Shown: positions 12,587-25,740, counted from the stretch's first letter. The stretch: DNA of 64,000 nucleotides from Eledone cirrhosa (GCA_964016885.1 OZ024755.1:36270001-36334000); one strand, 5' to 3'. Made by a program: numbers and translations. Notes: a model not told the origin generated them from the letters alone.

Positions 12587-14182
12587 TTTCTTTTTTCGTT
12601 AACCTTCCAAACTCCTTTTTCGCCAAACTTCGCTCTTTTCTTCTGATGAAGGACTAACATCTGCTACTTTCAAACATTCATTTTCCTTTCCAACAAGTGT
12701 GAAACTAATAAGAATACATTATAGAGTTGTAGCCCTTTACGTTCTGAGTTCAAATCTGGGATTCAGGAGAAGCAGTGACCCCTGGTTGTATTCAGCAATC
12801 AAAACAAATATGAAGTACACCAAATCCAATGCTCCTAGGGGCGGCCCTGTTTCTTCTTATTTGCGAGTGTAAACTCGGCCAGATTTGATTAGATTATAAT
12901 ACACTGGGGTAATTGCTGGCCTTGTGCCAAAAGTAAAAACAATTATTATAGCCGTGTTCATGTTGTACATCTCAAACTACACACATACACACACATTTAT
13001 ATATATGTGAGGAATCTATGATTCATTCCATACCTAATAGTATATTTTAAAAAATACATCTCTGTAGTGACTTTCCTAAATGCATATGCAATGATATATG
13101 ATATATGAAAAAAGGTTGAAACTGGTTGTAAATATGTACAACGACTTATCCACAGACACAAACTCACATCATTTCATGCTGTTTACTTAAATGTTGTGGT
13201 TGTTTATTTTTAGGGGAGGGGGTTAAATGTAAAAGTATAACTACTTTTAAACAATAGTGTTTCTCTTTCTCTTTCTTATATCTTTACAGTTAAGTCTTTT
13301 TACTCAAGGCATTTTGTGTTATCTTCTCCACCTACCTCTCTCTCCCGATGCCGTGTCTCACATTGCTACCAAAAACACTCTCTTTCTTTGGATATGTATT
13401 GTATTTCCATTTTTTTTTTTAATTTTCTTCTCTCTCACAGCATCCTGCTTCTTATAACTATCACCAGGAATGGCCTCCCCCCCTCCTCTATCTCTCACCA
13501 CCTCCTGCTTCATATACTGTTGCCAGGAACGCTCTCTTATCGAATAAATTTATACATGAAGAGTTTTCATTGAACAATATATTAAGAATACAATTTACAA
13601 AATTGACAAAAAGGAAAAAAAAAAAAAGGTATAGATAGGGAGGGAACAAACCCCACACTCTTCACTGGACAGTATATCAGTTTATATAAAATAAAAAAAG
13701 AAAAATCATTTGCTGCTTCCTCTTTGTTTCCATTTCCATACCTTCTGTCACTCAAATTAGACACTTGCACTTCCAAATCATTTATGAGTTGCATTTTTTG
13801 AAATCACTTTTTTCTTTTTTTTTTTATTCTTTTTTTTTCACTTATAGCCCTCAGTCAGCACAAGGCAGTTATAGTTTCATTCTGAATCTGTTAGAAATAG
13901 CAGCCAAATCACACTATCATCTTCAAAAGACACAGAATGATGTAATTCTAGATATACCCTTAAAAAGATAGGGTGGTCGTAGCTGGAAAGACTCTAATCA
14001 AAGACATTCCAGAAGATCAGTGCATGTATGGGTGGAGTGTCAAGTCTTTTTTCTTTTCACTTTTAAAGATTTAAAATTTCATTCTTTTAGTAATCTTAGT
14101 GTTATTGTATTGCAAATGGCGAAAGACAAATATACACACACACACACACACATACATAGAGATTTATATATGATATGGTATG

Positions 14183-14500
14183 GTCCCGTAACTCCAGATG
14201 GAGTTGTAGGGGCACCGTATTGACATACAGCGTTTTTTGACCATTTTAAACCAGGCAGAGCCCATCTCATCTCCAGGTTTGAATACAGTAGATTTCTTCC
14301 AGTGAAAGATAGAGGGTAAGAGATTGAAAATGAGAAAGAGATATAGAGGAAGAATCAACCCCAGTACGTGACTGGTACTTTTTTTTTATCAACCTCAAAA
14401 GGTTGAAAGGGAAAGTTGAACTCAGAGAGCAGAGAGTGAGAATGAATACCATAAAGCATTCTATCTGTCGTTCTAACGATTCTGTCAATTAGTCACCATA
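14183..14500 (-). mobile_element. SINE copy, unamplified paralogue of the element hosting the 40-bp satellite
   Basis: CCCGTAACTCCAGATGGAGTTGTAGGGGCAC..TTTTAAACCAGGCAGAGCCCATCTCATCTCCAGG matches both flanks of 41070-45740. Confidence 0.7.
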
Positions 14501-15990
14501 TAGATTTATACATGGTGGCTGCCCCCCTCGTTATCAAGTATGGCCATTGCTCGATATACCAGTATTAATAATTATTAATTAATTCTATTATGCAATGCCT
14601 GTGCGTGAAGATATTTTTTCAAGTGACGAAAGGCTGTGCACTGAGCCAATCCCACTCTCTGAGCGACAGTCGCTATAACCCGAAAAGAAGAAAAGATCAA
14701 CATCATCGGTAACTACTGAGCCGCAGGTTTTATGTCGATTTGACCAGAAAGCGGTGAGAGAATTCTGGACGGATATGGCCGGTTTAAATGCTAAAGAGTT
14801 AATATGATAAAATGGGATGTGACTGGTATTTTAACAGCTTCAGTAACTATAAAGCACCTACACATTCAAATGAAGACAAAATGTATTTAACCAAATAAGT
14901 TTCAGATTTATCGCATCTACATAATCAGTTGATTAACTAGAAATAGCAGGCATGCATAGAAATGTGTGTGTGTCTGTGCGAGTGTGTCACAATAAAATGC
15001 TCCCAGTACATGATGTAAAGTGGTTGGTGTTATGAAGGGTATCCATCCTTAGGAACCAAGCCAAAGATGGAGCAAGACAGTTACTTGACCTGTCTAGCCC
15101 ATTAAAGGGAACAGTAAAATATATGTAAAACATTCCAAAAATTCTGCATCTAATAACTGCATATACACTTGTACAGATACAAAGTGTATGCACATGCACA
15201 ATTATAACTCAAAACATACTCATCCACACACAATAACATCCATACCTACACACACATGCATACATACATACATATCTACCTATACACATCCACACATACA
15301 ATAACATCCATACCTACACACACATGCATGCATACATACAGACATGCATACATACATACCTACCTAGTTGATGTCGAAATTCCAATGAGAGAGTCTTGTG
15401 TCTATGTTAGAAACCGACTCTCTCTCTGTTGGTAAACATTTGTGAAATTATAAAACCAAAAGGACATACATACATACATACGTACATGCATACGTACGTA
15501 CATACATACATACATACATTTGCAAAACATTCTTGCGATTCAAGGGATGACAATTTCTTTTCTTTTACAACCTTGCCACCAGGAAGGTGGCCGGTCAAAA
15601 AAATATACTCGAAATTAAGAGAAAGAGATACATACATACATACACAACTAGTTAGGAAACTACAAGTACAATCCATTAATGGAACAGTAAAAATATGTAA
15701 AACATCCCATAATTTTGCATCTAATAACTGCATATACACATGTACAGATACAAAGCATATACACATGCACACATACAACTCAAAACATACACATCCACAC
15801 ATACAATAACATCCATATCTACACATGCAGACATGCATACATAATCTACCGAGTTGATGTTGTGTAAATTCCAATGAGAGAGTCTTGTGTCTATGTTAGA
15901 AGCCGACTCTCTCTATTGGGAAAACTTTGTGAAATTATAAAACCAGAAGAACATACATACACACATACATACATACATACATACATACAT

Positions 15991-16052
<62 letters not shown>

Positions 16053-16055
<3 letters not shown>

Positions 16056-16661
16056 GTGGCTGCCAACTCGTTTTCGAGTACGGCCACTACTTTATATCCA
16101 TGTAGGAGAACCCCTACCGATGCGCTGAACGAGTGTGACTTTTTAGTCCAGCCAGCGACTTGAAAACTCTGGTACAAACACTACACTTATGACAATTATT
16201 GACACATAGTGCTGGGCCCATGGTACCATGTGACGACAAGTGCAGAGAGATCTCCAGATATAAAGCAATGCCTGTGCCGTGAAGCTTTTATAGTGAGCAA
16301 AGGCACTGCACAAAGCCAGTCCCACTCTCTTAACCAAGATGATATTTACCAAAAAGAAGAACAAGTCAACATCATTGGATACCATCAGGGTTGCAGGTGT
16401 TATATCAGAGTTTTCCTTCTCCTAGAATTCTGCCTTGACAAAGGCTAAGGGGTCATCTCTCCCGGTGATTTTAGATGGCCATTGACTCTTAAGAGCTCCT
16501 TTGCCCTTTGACAGGTTTTGTTTTTAGTCCTGCAGGATGTCCAAAGTCACCCTCCTCACCAAGAAACCTTGGTGGGGTTGCCAGTTTAGTCGCCAACGAC
16601 CCGACCATAAGACAGGTTGTACTGGGATACATGTTACCAGTAGCACCAACTGGTGACCTGA
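16053..16661 (-). mobile_element. Short internally deleted RTE-derived retroelement (5' head, C-terminal zinc finger, tail)
   Basis: Minus 16185-16114 encodes CSVCTRVFKSLAGLKSHTRSAHR*, a C2H2-type C-terminus; tail GGCAGCCACCAT(GT)n; head shared with 58191-58350. Confidence 0.7.
16581..16636 (-). ncRNA. Decayed HDV-like ribozyme candidate
   Basis: P2 CCAGU/ACUGG, L3 ACCUGU, P1' AUGGUC, GG for P1.1, P4 UCG-UUGG-CGA, J4/2 CUAA; P1 and P3 are mismatched. Confidence 0.5.
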
Positions 16662-16739
16662 CATACATACATACATACATACATACATACATACATACAT
16701 ACATACATACATACATACATACATACATACATACATACA

Positions 16740-16771
<32 letters not shown>

Positions 16772-17429
16772 CATACATACATACATACATCATTCATGGT
16801 AATTCGTTGGTTATGATGAAGAGTGTTCCAGTTGATATGATCAATGAAACAGCCTGATCGTGAAATTAATGTGCAAGTGGCTGAGCAGTCCACCGATATG
16901 AGTTCCCATGATAATAACAATAATACCAATAATAATAATAATTGTTTCTACTTTAGGCACAAGGCCAGCAATTACCCAGTACATTACTGGTACTTTATTT
17001 TATATACCAATAATAATAATAATAATTGTTTCTACTTTATGCACAAGGCCAGCAATTACCCAGTGCATTACTGGTACTTTATTTTATCGACCCTGTAAGG
17101 ATGAAAGGCAAAGTTAACCTCGGCGGGATTCAAACTCAGAATGGCAAGGGCCGTAACTCTATGCATCAAAGCATGGCGTCTGGCCCTCTACCGATACTGC
17201 CAATAATATGGCCCTTTATGTTCTGAGTTCAAATCCTGCCACGGTTAACTTTGACTTTCATCTTTACAGGGTCGATAAAGTAAAGTACCAGTCACGCACT
17301 GGGGTCGATTTAATTGACTTCCCCCTCCCCCAAAATTGCTTCTATTGTACCTATATAACGATTATTAATGGACAAGTATAATGCCAGTGCTTGTGAGGTC
17401 TAAATCAGATGTAATCAACAGTCATACAC

Positions 17430-19162
17430 ACAGATAGGGTGTGTAACACAGTAACAGACACGGAGACACACACATGCACACACACACACACACAGATAGG
17501 GTGTGTAACACAGTAACAGACACGGAGACACACACATGCACACACACACACACACAGATAGGGTGTGTAACACAGTAACAGACACGGAGACACACACATG
17601 CACACACACACACAGATAGGGTGTGTAACACAGTAATACACACGGAGACACACACACAGATAGGGTGTGTAACACAGTAATACACACGGAGACACACACA
17701 CAGATAGGGTGTGTAACACAGTAACAGACACGGAGACACACACATGCACACACACACACACACACAGATAGGGTGTGTAACACAGTAATAAACACAGAGA
17801 CACACACACAGATAGGGTGTGTAACACAGTAACAGACACGGAGACACACACATGCACACACACACACAGATAGGGTGTGTAACACAGTAATACACACGGA
17901 GACACACACACAGATAGGGTGTGTAACACAGTAATACACACGGAGACACACACACAGATAGGGTGTGTAACACAGTAACAGACACGGAGACACACACATG
18001 CACACACACACACACACACAGATAGGGTGTGTAACACAGTAATAAACACAGAGACACACACACAGATAGGGTGTGTAACACAGTAACAGACACGGAGACA
18101 CACACATGCACACACACACACAGATAGGGTGTGTAACACAGTAACAGACACGGAGACACACACGTGCACACACAGATAGGGTGTGTAACACAGTAATAAA
18201 CACGGAGACACACACATGCACACACAGATAGGGTGTGTAACACAGTAACAGACACGGATACACACACATGCACACACACACACAGATAGGGTGTGTAACA
18301 CAGTAACAGACATGGATACACACACATGCACACACACACAGATAGGGTGTGTAACACAGTAACAGACACGGAGACACACACATGCACACACAGATAGGGT
18401 GTGTAACACAGTAACAGACACGGAGACACACACATGCACACACAGATAGGGTGTGTAACACAGTAACAGACACGGAGACACACACATGCACACACAGATA
18501 GGGTGTGTAACACAGTAACAGACACGGAGACACACACATGCACACACAGATAGGGTGTGTAACACAGTAACAGACACGGAGACACACACATGCACACACA
18601 GATAGGGTGTGTAACACACTAATAAACACGGAGACACACACATGCACACACAGATAGGGTGTGTAACACAGTAACAGACACGGATACACACACATGCACA
18701 CACACACATATAGGGTGTGTAACACAGTAACAGACACGGATACACACACATGCACACACACACAAATAGGGTGTGTAACACAGTAATAAACACGGAGACA
18801 CACACATGCACATACACACAAATAGGGTGTGTAACACAGTAACATACACGGATACACACACATGCACACACACACAGATAGGGTGTGTAACGCAGTAATA
18901 AATACGAAGACACACACATGCACACACACACATACACACACACACAGATATGGTGTGTAACACACTAATAAACACGGAGACACACACATGCACACACACA
19001 CAGACACACACAGATATGGTGTGTAACACAGTAATAAACACGGATACACACACAGATAGGGTGTGTAACACAGTAATAAACACGGAGACACACAGATAGG
19101 GTGTGTAACACAGTAACAGACACGCAGACACACAGATATGGTGTGTAACACAGACACACACA
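17430..19162. repeat. Compound minisatellite: constant CAGATAGGGTGTGTAACACAGTAA core plus variable (CA)n
   Basis: More than 30 units of about 40-66 bp. Confidence 0.92.
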
Positions 19163-19325
19163 CTTAAAGTAATACAATCTGACCTAAAATAATTAAAAAA
19201 GCAAAAACAATAATATATATGAGACTAAAACAATATATATATATATATATGACTAAAACAATAATATATATTTTATATATATACAATATTAAATAAATGG
19301 AAAACTATATTTATAAAACCATATT

Positions 19326-19391
19326 TATTTCATTATATATATTTCGGGGATATCATATTAACAATATGTTATGCCTTCATCAGACAAAATA
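19326..19391 (-). ncRNA. Mirror-image hammerhead motif (family A, left arm)
   Basis: Exact reverse complement of 19554-19619. Confidence 0.72.
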
Positions 19392-19553
19392 CAATATAAA
19401 CAGTTTTATAGATAAATATATTCGACATACCGTAATAAACATCAACTTCATTTGAAGAGGTTTACTCTAGACTGCTAGAGTAAACCTCTTCAAATGAAGT
19501 TGATGTTTATTACGGTATGTCGAATATATTTATCTATAAAACTGTTTATATTG

Positions 19554-19619
19554 TATTTTGTCTGATGAAGGCATAACATATTGTTAATATGATATCCCCG
19601 AAATATATATAATGAAATA
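19554..19619 (+). ncRNA. Minimal type-I hammerhead ribozyme motif (family A)
   Basis: Stem I UAUUUUGU/AUGAAAUA; CUGAUGA at 19562; imperfect long stem II; GAAA at 19600; palindromic stem III AUAUAUAU; predicted cut after AUA at 19611. Confidence 0.72.
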
Positions 19620-19810
19620 AATATGGTTTTATAAATATAGTTTTCCATTTATTTAATATTGTAAATATACTCCAAATATTTGTCGAGTGCTTTTATATCA
19701 GTTATAAATATTTACTAGTTGTAACCCAACAATTTTAAATATAACTTTACATGTATTTTATATATATATATATATATATGACAAAAACAATATATATATA
19801 TTTATATATA

Positions 19811-20142
19811 TCATCATCATTTTACGTCCACTTTTCCCTGCTTGCAAGGGTGGGATGGGAACTGGTTCTGGCTTGATTTCTACAGTTGGATGCCCTTCCT
19901 AACACCAACCTCATTTACAGTGAGTGCTGGGTGCTTTTTTGCCGTGGCACCTTCACGTCCACTTTACAGTGGAATGATAGGGACCCCAGTCCTTTCATCT
20001 CATTTCTACAGCTGAGTAAACTGGAGCAATGTGAAATAAAGTGTCTTGCTCAAGGAAACAACACATCACGCGGTCTGAGAATTGAACTCACAACCTTTTG
20101 ATTGCAAGGCCAATGCTCTAACCACTAAGCCATGTGCCTCCA
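19811..20142 (-). mobile_element. CORE-type SINE, full length
   Basis: Reverse complement of the 7294-7650 family. Confidence 0.85.
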
Positions 20143-20250
20143 TATATATATATATATATACGTTAACTACTTTTCCCATCTTGACGTTATAGTCGCATAT
20201 ATGTTATAGAATGCCGTTAGCTTCTCGCTAAAACAATCTCTATACCTCTC

Positions 20251-20310
<60 letters not shown>

Positions 20311-20591
20311 GAGAGGTATAGAGATTGTTTTAGCGAGATTTATATATATACCTCTCATTTATATATATATACCTCTCATTTATATATATATACCTCTCAT
20401 TTATATATATATATACCTCTCATTTATAGATATATACCTCTCATTTATAGATATATACCTCTCATTTATATATATATACCTCTCATTTATATATACCTCT
20501 CATATATATATATATACTCATTTATATATATATACCTCTCATTTATATATATATTAGACTAAAACAATAATATATATATATATATGACAAA

Positions 20592-20645
<54 letters not shown>

Positions 20646-20787
20646 TAGACAAAAACAATAATATATATATATATATATATGACAAAAACAATATATATAT
20701 ATATATATATATATGACAAAAACAATATATATTATATATATATATATATATATGACAAAAACAATATATATTATACAAAAACAATAT

Positions 20788-20821
<34 letters not shown>

Positions 20822-20924
20822 CAAAAACAATATATATATATATGTATGTATATATATATATATATTAGACTAAAACAATAATATATATATATATGACAAA
20901 CACAATATATATATATATATATAT

Positions 20925-21560
20925 ATGTTTCTTTTATTTGCCACTAGGGCATCAAAAGTGGGACAAGTACAAAGGGGGGAGTTTACACAAAAAGGCGTCC
21001 TCAATAAGGAGGAGGCAATAACAAAATATAAAAATAAAATAAGATATAACAAAAAATAAAATTTTTAACAAAATCCTCAATAGAGAGGAGGCGCCTTGGG
21101 GGGTCGCACACACCCCCGAAAAAAGTGTGCAACCCTTCTCCTCAGGAGCACAGAGAAGGGGTGCTCCCTTGGTCTTTCATCTTCCTCACCTATAGTCTGA
21201 TGTAGAGTGAAGGCCCATTCACACGGGCCATTCTCGCCACTTTCACCCATCTTTCATAGAAACGGCTGGGGTGCAGCACCTCTCTCTCCATCCTGATCCT
21301 TCTTCCGAAATGATATCGGAAGAAACGGACCAGTTGTTGGCCAGAGAGAAAGGTGCCTGACCTCAGTCCTTTCAGACGCGTCCACCATGCAACCTCTTTC
21401 GCCATGGCTATTACGCACAGAAACACCGCCTCTGCTTCATCTTTGAAGGGGGGAGGCGGCTTGATCATTACAATAGACTCGGTGGTCAACCGGATCGGTC
21501 CCACCCTTGACAGCAGTTGTTCGACATAGCCCCACAGATCGGCTGCGCCCGAGCAGTGTA

Positions 21561-21562
<2 letters not shown>
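20925..21562 (-). mobile_element. Tx1/L1-clade LINE 3' fragment
   Basis: [31 protein letters not shown], homologous to 1290-1640; inserted in (TA)n. Confidence 0.8.
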
Positions 21563-21626
<64 letters not shown>

Positions 21627-21819
21627 CAAAAACAATATATATATATATGTATGTATATATATTAGACTAAAACAATATATATATATATATATATTAGACT
21701 AAAACAATAATATATATGGCAAAAAGAAAAATGAAAACAACCAACAAGAACAAAACATGAAACAGGTTTTGTTTTTGTTTATTTCTACTGAAACAAAAGT
21801 TTAGACCCAAGCAAAGACT

Positions 21820-23396
21820 TGTGGTGGTGGTGGTGATAGTGGTGGGCGTCTTGATAGTGGTGGTGGTGATAGTGGTGGTGGTGGTGGTGGTGGTGGTGGT
21901 GATAGTGGTGGTGGTGATAGTGGTGGTGGTGGTGGTGGTGGTGGTGATAGTGGTGGTGGTGATAGTGGTGGTGGTGATAGTGGTGGTGGTGGTGGTGGTG
22001 GTGGTGGTGATAGTGGTGGTGGTGATAGTGGTGGTGGTGGTGGTGGTGGTGGTGATAGTGGTGGTGGTGATAGTGGTGGTGGTGGTGGTGGTGATAGTGG
22101 TGGTGGTGATAGTGGTGGTGGTGATAGTGGTGGTGGTGGTAGTGGTGGTGTTGGTGGTGGTGATAGTGTGGAGGTGGTGGTGGTGGTGATAGTGTGGAGG
22201 TGGTGGTAGTAATGGTGGTGATAGTGGTGGTGGTGGTGGTGGTGGTGGTGTTGGTGGTGGTGATAGTGGTGGTGGTGGTGATAGTGGTGGTGGTGATAGT
22301 GGTGGTGGTGGTGGTGGTGGTGGTGATAGTGGTGGTGGTGATAGTGGTGGTGGTGGTGGTGGTGATAGTGGTGGTGGTGATAGTGGTGGTGGTGGTGGTG
22401 GTGGTGGTGGTGATAGTGGTGGTGGTGATAGTGGTGGTGGTGGTGGTGGTGGTGGTGGTGATAGTGGTGGTGGTGATAGTGGTGGTGGTGGTGGTGGTGG
22501 TGGTGGTGATAGTGGTGGTGGTGATAGTGGTGGTGGTGGTGGTGGTGGTGGTGATAGTGGTGGTGGTGATAGTGGTGGTGGTGGTGGTGGTGATAGTGGT
22601 GGTGGTGATAGTGGTGGTGGTGATAGTGGTGGTGGTGGTAGTGGTGGTGTTGGTGGTGGTGATAGTGTGGAGGTGGTGGTGGTGGTGGTGGTGGTGGTGG
22701 TGATAGTGGTGGTGGTAGTAGTGGTGGTGTTGGTGGTGGTGATAGTGTGGAGGTGGTGGTAGTAATGGTGGTGATAGTGGTGGTGGTGGTGGTGGTGGTG
22801 GTGTTGGTGGTGGTGATAGTGGTGGTGGTGGTGATAGTGGTGGTGGTGATAGTGGTAGTGGTGGTAGTGGTGGTGGTGGTGGTGGTAAGGCTGATGGTGG
22901 TGGTGGCAAGGTTGGTGGTGGTGGTGATGGTGGTGATAGTGGTGGTGGAGGTGGTGATAGTGTTGGTGATAGTGTTGGTGGTAGTGGTGGTAGTGGTAAG
23001 GCTGATGGTGTTGGTGGCAAGGCTGGTGGTGGTAGTGGTGGTGGAGGTGGTGGTGGTAGTGGTGTGGGAGGTGGTGATAGTGGTGGTGGTGTTGGTGGTG
23101 TTGGTGGTAGTGGTGGTGGTGGTGGTGGTGGTGGTGGTGGTGGTAGTAGTGGTGGTAAGGCTGGTGGTGGTGGTGGTGGTGGTGGTGGTGGTAGTGGTGG
23201 TGGTGGTGGTAGTAGTGGTGGTGTTGGTGGTGGTGGTAGTAGTGGTGGTAAGGCTGGTGTTGATGGTGGAGTCGGTGATAGTAGTGTTGGTAGTGGTAGT
23301 AGTAGTGGTGGTAGTAGTAGTGTTGGTAGTGGTAGTAGTAGTGGTGGTAGTAGTAGTGGCAGTGGTAGTAGTAGTGGTGGTGGTGGTAGTGGTATG
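21820..23396. repeat. (GGT)n-based compound microsatellite
   Basis: GGT runs punctuated by GATAGT; source of the spurious poly-V/T/H/P ORFs. Confidence 0.95.
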
Positions 23397-23617
23397 GATA
23401 GTTGTTTGAAGTATGAAGAGAATGAGATTGATCTATTTAGTAATCTAGATAATGATAATTGGACATAAAGCAAAGGACCTAGCCTTAAAGACTGCTAGGG
23501 CACCCAATATATGTATGGACATGAACTTAGAACATAGGGATGGCTTGATGGACAATCAATAGGATTTCTCATCAATACATTGATTTGTTTGTTTGGCATA
23601 GACCTGTTGAGTGTGTA

Positions 23618-23629
23618 TTATATACATAC

Positions 23630-23662
<33 letters not shown>

Positions 23663-23970
23663 CATACATATACATATATATATATATATATACATACATA
23701 TATATATATATATGTATGTATATATACATACATACATACATATATATATACATACATATATATATATATACATACATACATATATATATATACATATATA
23801 CATACATATATACATACATATATATATATATATACATACATATATATATATACATATATATATACATATATATATACATACATATATATACATATATATA
23901 TACATATATATATACATACATATATATATATACATATATATATATACATATATATATATACATATATATA

Positions 23971-24012
<42 letters not shown>
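23618..24012. repeat. (TA)n/(TACA)n microsatellite
   Basis: Seen directly. Confidence 0.95.
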
Positions 24013-24015
<3 letters not shown>

Positions 24016-24016
<1 letters not shown>

Positions 24017-25607
24017 CATCATCATCATCATCATCAACGTTTAACGTCCGTGTTCCACGCTTGCATGGGTTTGGACGGGGGTAGTCCCACTTGAGGCAAG
24101 AGTGATTGTCTTGCTCGCATAGGACTGTCTGGCAGGTTTTCTACAGTTGGATGCCCTTCCTAACACCAACCACATTTACAGTGTGGGTCTGGGAGGTTTT
24201 TACCGTGTTGCCTACACGGCCACATTACAGCGTGGACTGTGTGTTTTTTTGTCGTGACACCTACACGATCTCATTTGTTTCGGCCTCGATGGCGCGGCAC
24301 CAATATAACTTTACATAGAACGGGGTGGTGTGGATCGGGTGGGGGTGGTGGGACGGGGTGTATTTGTTAGAGATGCCTACTGGCTGGAGTAGGTTTTACT
24401 ATATATTTAGGTAAGGCGGGTCTTCTCTGTTACTGAGTACCGCCAAAGGTCTCGGTCCAGTGACATTGTCTTGGAGAGGTGTAAGTGTGTGATGTCGGAG
24501 TTTATCAGCTCGTCCCAGGTTTTTCTAGGTCTGCCTATTCCGTGACTACCGTCTATCTTTATTGCCCTGCACTTTGTTATACAGCTATCGACTTTCATGC
24601 GCATCACGTGTCCATACCAACGTAGCCTTCTCTCGAGTAAACAACATCTGATCCCTCTTATCTCTAATTTATTCCTTAGTTCGTTTATGCTTTGCCGTTC
24701 ACGTATATTACTGTTACACATCCAGCGGAGCATGCAAGCTTCGTTCCTCTCTAGTCTGCGTATATCCTCTGCACACAATGCCCAGGTCTCACTGCCATGC
24801 AGCATTGCTGTTCGTATGCAGGCATCGTACAACCTGCCTTTCATTTTTAGTGAGAACCCTTTAGCAGCTAATAGTGGTATAAGCTCTCTGAACTTTTTCC
24901 AACCAGTTCTGACTCTAGCTACAGTACTTTCAGAGCACCCTCCCCCACTGCTGATTTTATCGCCCAGGTAACGGAAGCTGTCCACTATTTCTATAGAACC
25001 CTCTGCGCAATTGAAAGAGCTAGTAGTTTGTGGGCACTTGCTGCTACTTATTGCACCAGAGCACCGGCCACATGTAAAATCTATGTTCTTAGTTAGCCTA
25101 CCTGTGATCCCACTACATCTTTTATGCACCCATACTTTGCATTTAGGACATAAAATGGAGTTTCTACCTACGCCTTTCCTACACACCGAGCACGACCATT
25201 TCCCAGAAGGGACCGCCGCCTTGTTTTCTTTCCTACAAACTAGTACTTTGGTCTTAGCCAGGTTAATTTTAAGTCCTTTTGACTCTAGGCCGTGCTTCCA
25301 TGTTTGGAATTTCTTCTCTAGCTCGGCCATTGATTCCGCTATGAGTGTCAGGTCGTCTGCGTATAGGAGTTCCCATGGGCAGCCTGTCTTGAACTCCTCT
25401 GTTATGGCCTGAAGGGCAATAATAAATAGTAGTGGACTGAGAACAGAGCCCTGATGGACGCCGACTTTTACGCTAAACTCTTCACTATATTCGTTGTTAA
25501 TTCTAACCTTGCTGACTGTTTCTTTATACATGGCTTGTATAGCCCTCACAAGCCATTCGTCAACGCCTAGTTTTCTAAGAGCCCACCAGATAATGGAGCG
25601 GGGGACT
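24016..25607 (-). mobile_element. 5'-truncated young RTE LINE (RT C-half, Cys-rich insert, C-terminus, 3' UTR)
   Basis: Uninterrupted frame of about 400 codons: GVHQGSVLSPLLF, LLYADD, CSVC..CPKC..VHKRC..CGRC, FRYLG, HGSETW, GRPRKTW; (CAT)n tail; 5' end abuts (TA)n. Confidence 0.93.
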
Positions 25608-25740
25608 CTATATATATATATACATACATATATTTCTTTTACAACCTTGCCACCAGGAAGGTGGCTGGTCAAAAATATACTCGAAATTAAGAGAAAGAGA
25701 TAATATATATGCATACAGACATATACATATATATACAGAC

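Larger units (their letters stand above)
19282..19752. mobile_element. Fold-back element family A (189-bp perfect arms plus about 90-bp one-sided tail) in (TA)n; Penelope-like terminal-repeat derivative
   Basis: 19282-19470 is the reverse complement of 19475-19663, loop ACTG; tail to about 19752; second copy at 47175-47668; hammerhead motif in each arm. Confidence 0.85.

Noticed and set aside
17430-19162. CRISPR-like constant repeat with variable spacers
   Set aside because: The spacers are just variable (CA)n, there are no cas genes and the context is eukaryotic; it is a minisatellite.
21785-23473. 562-aa Pro/His/Thr-rich ORF and similar long ORFs (17405-19163, 31429-32627, 34045-34956, 59303-60832)
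   Set aside because: These are translations of microsatellites or tandem repeats that lack stops by composition.
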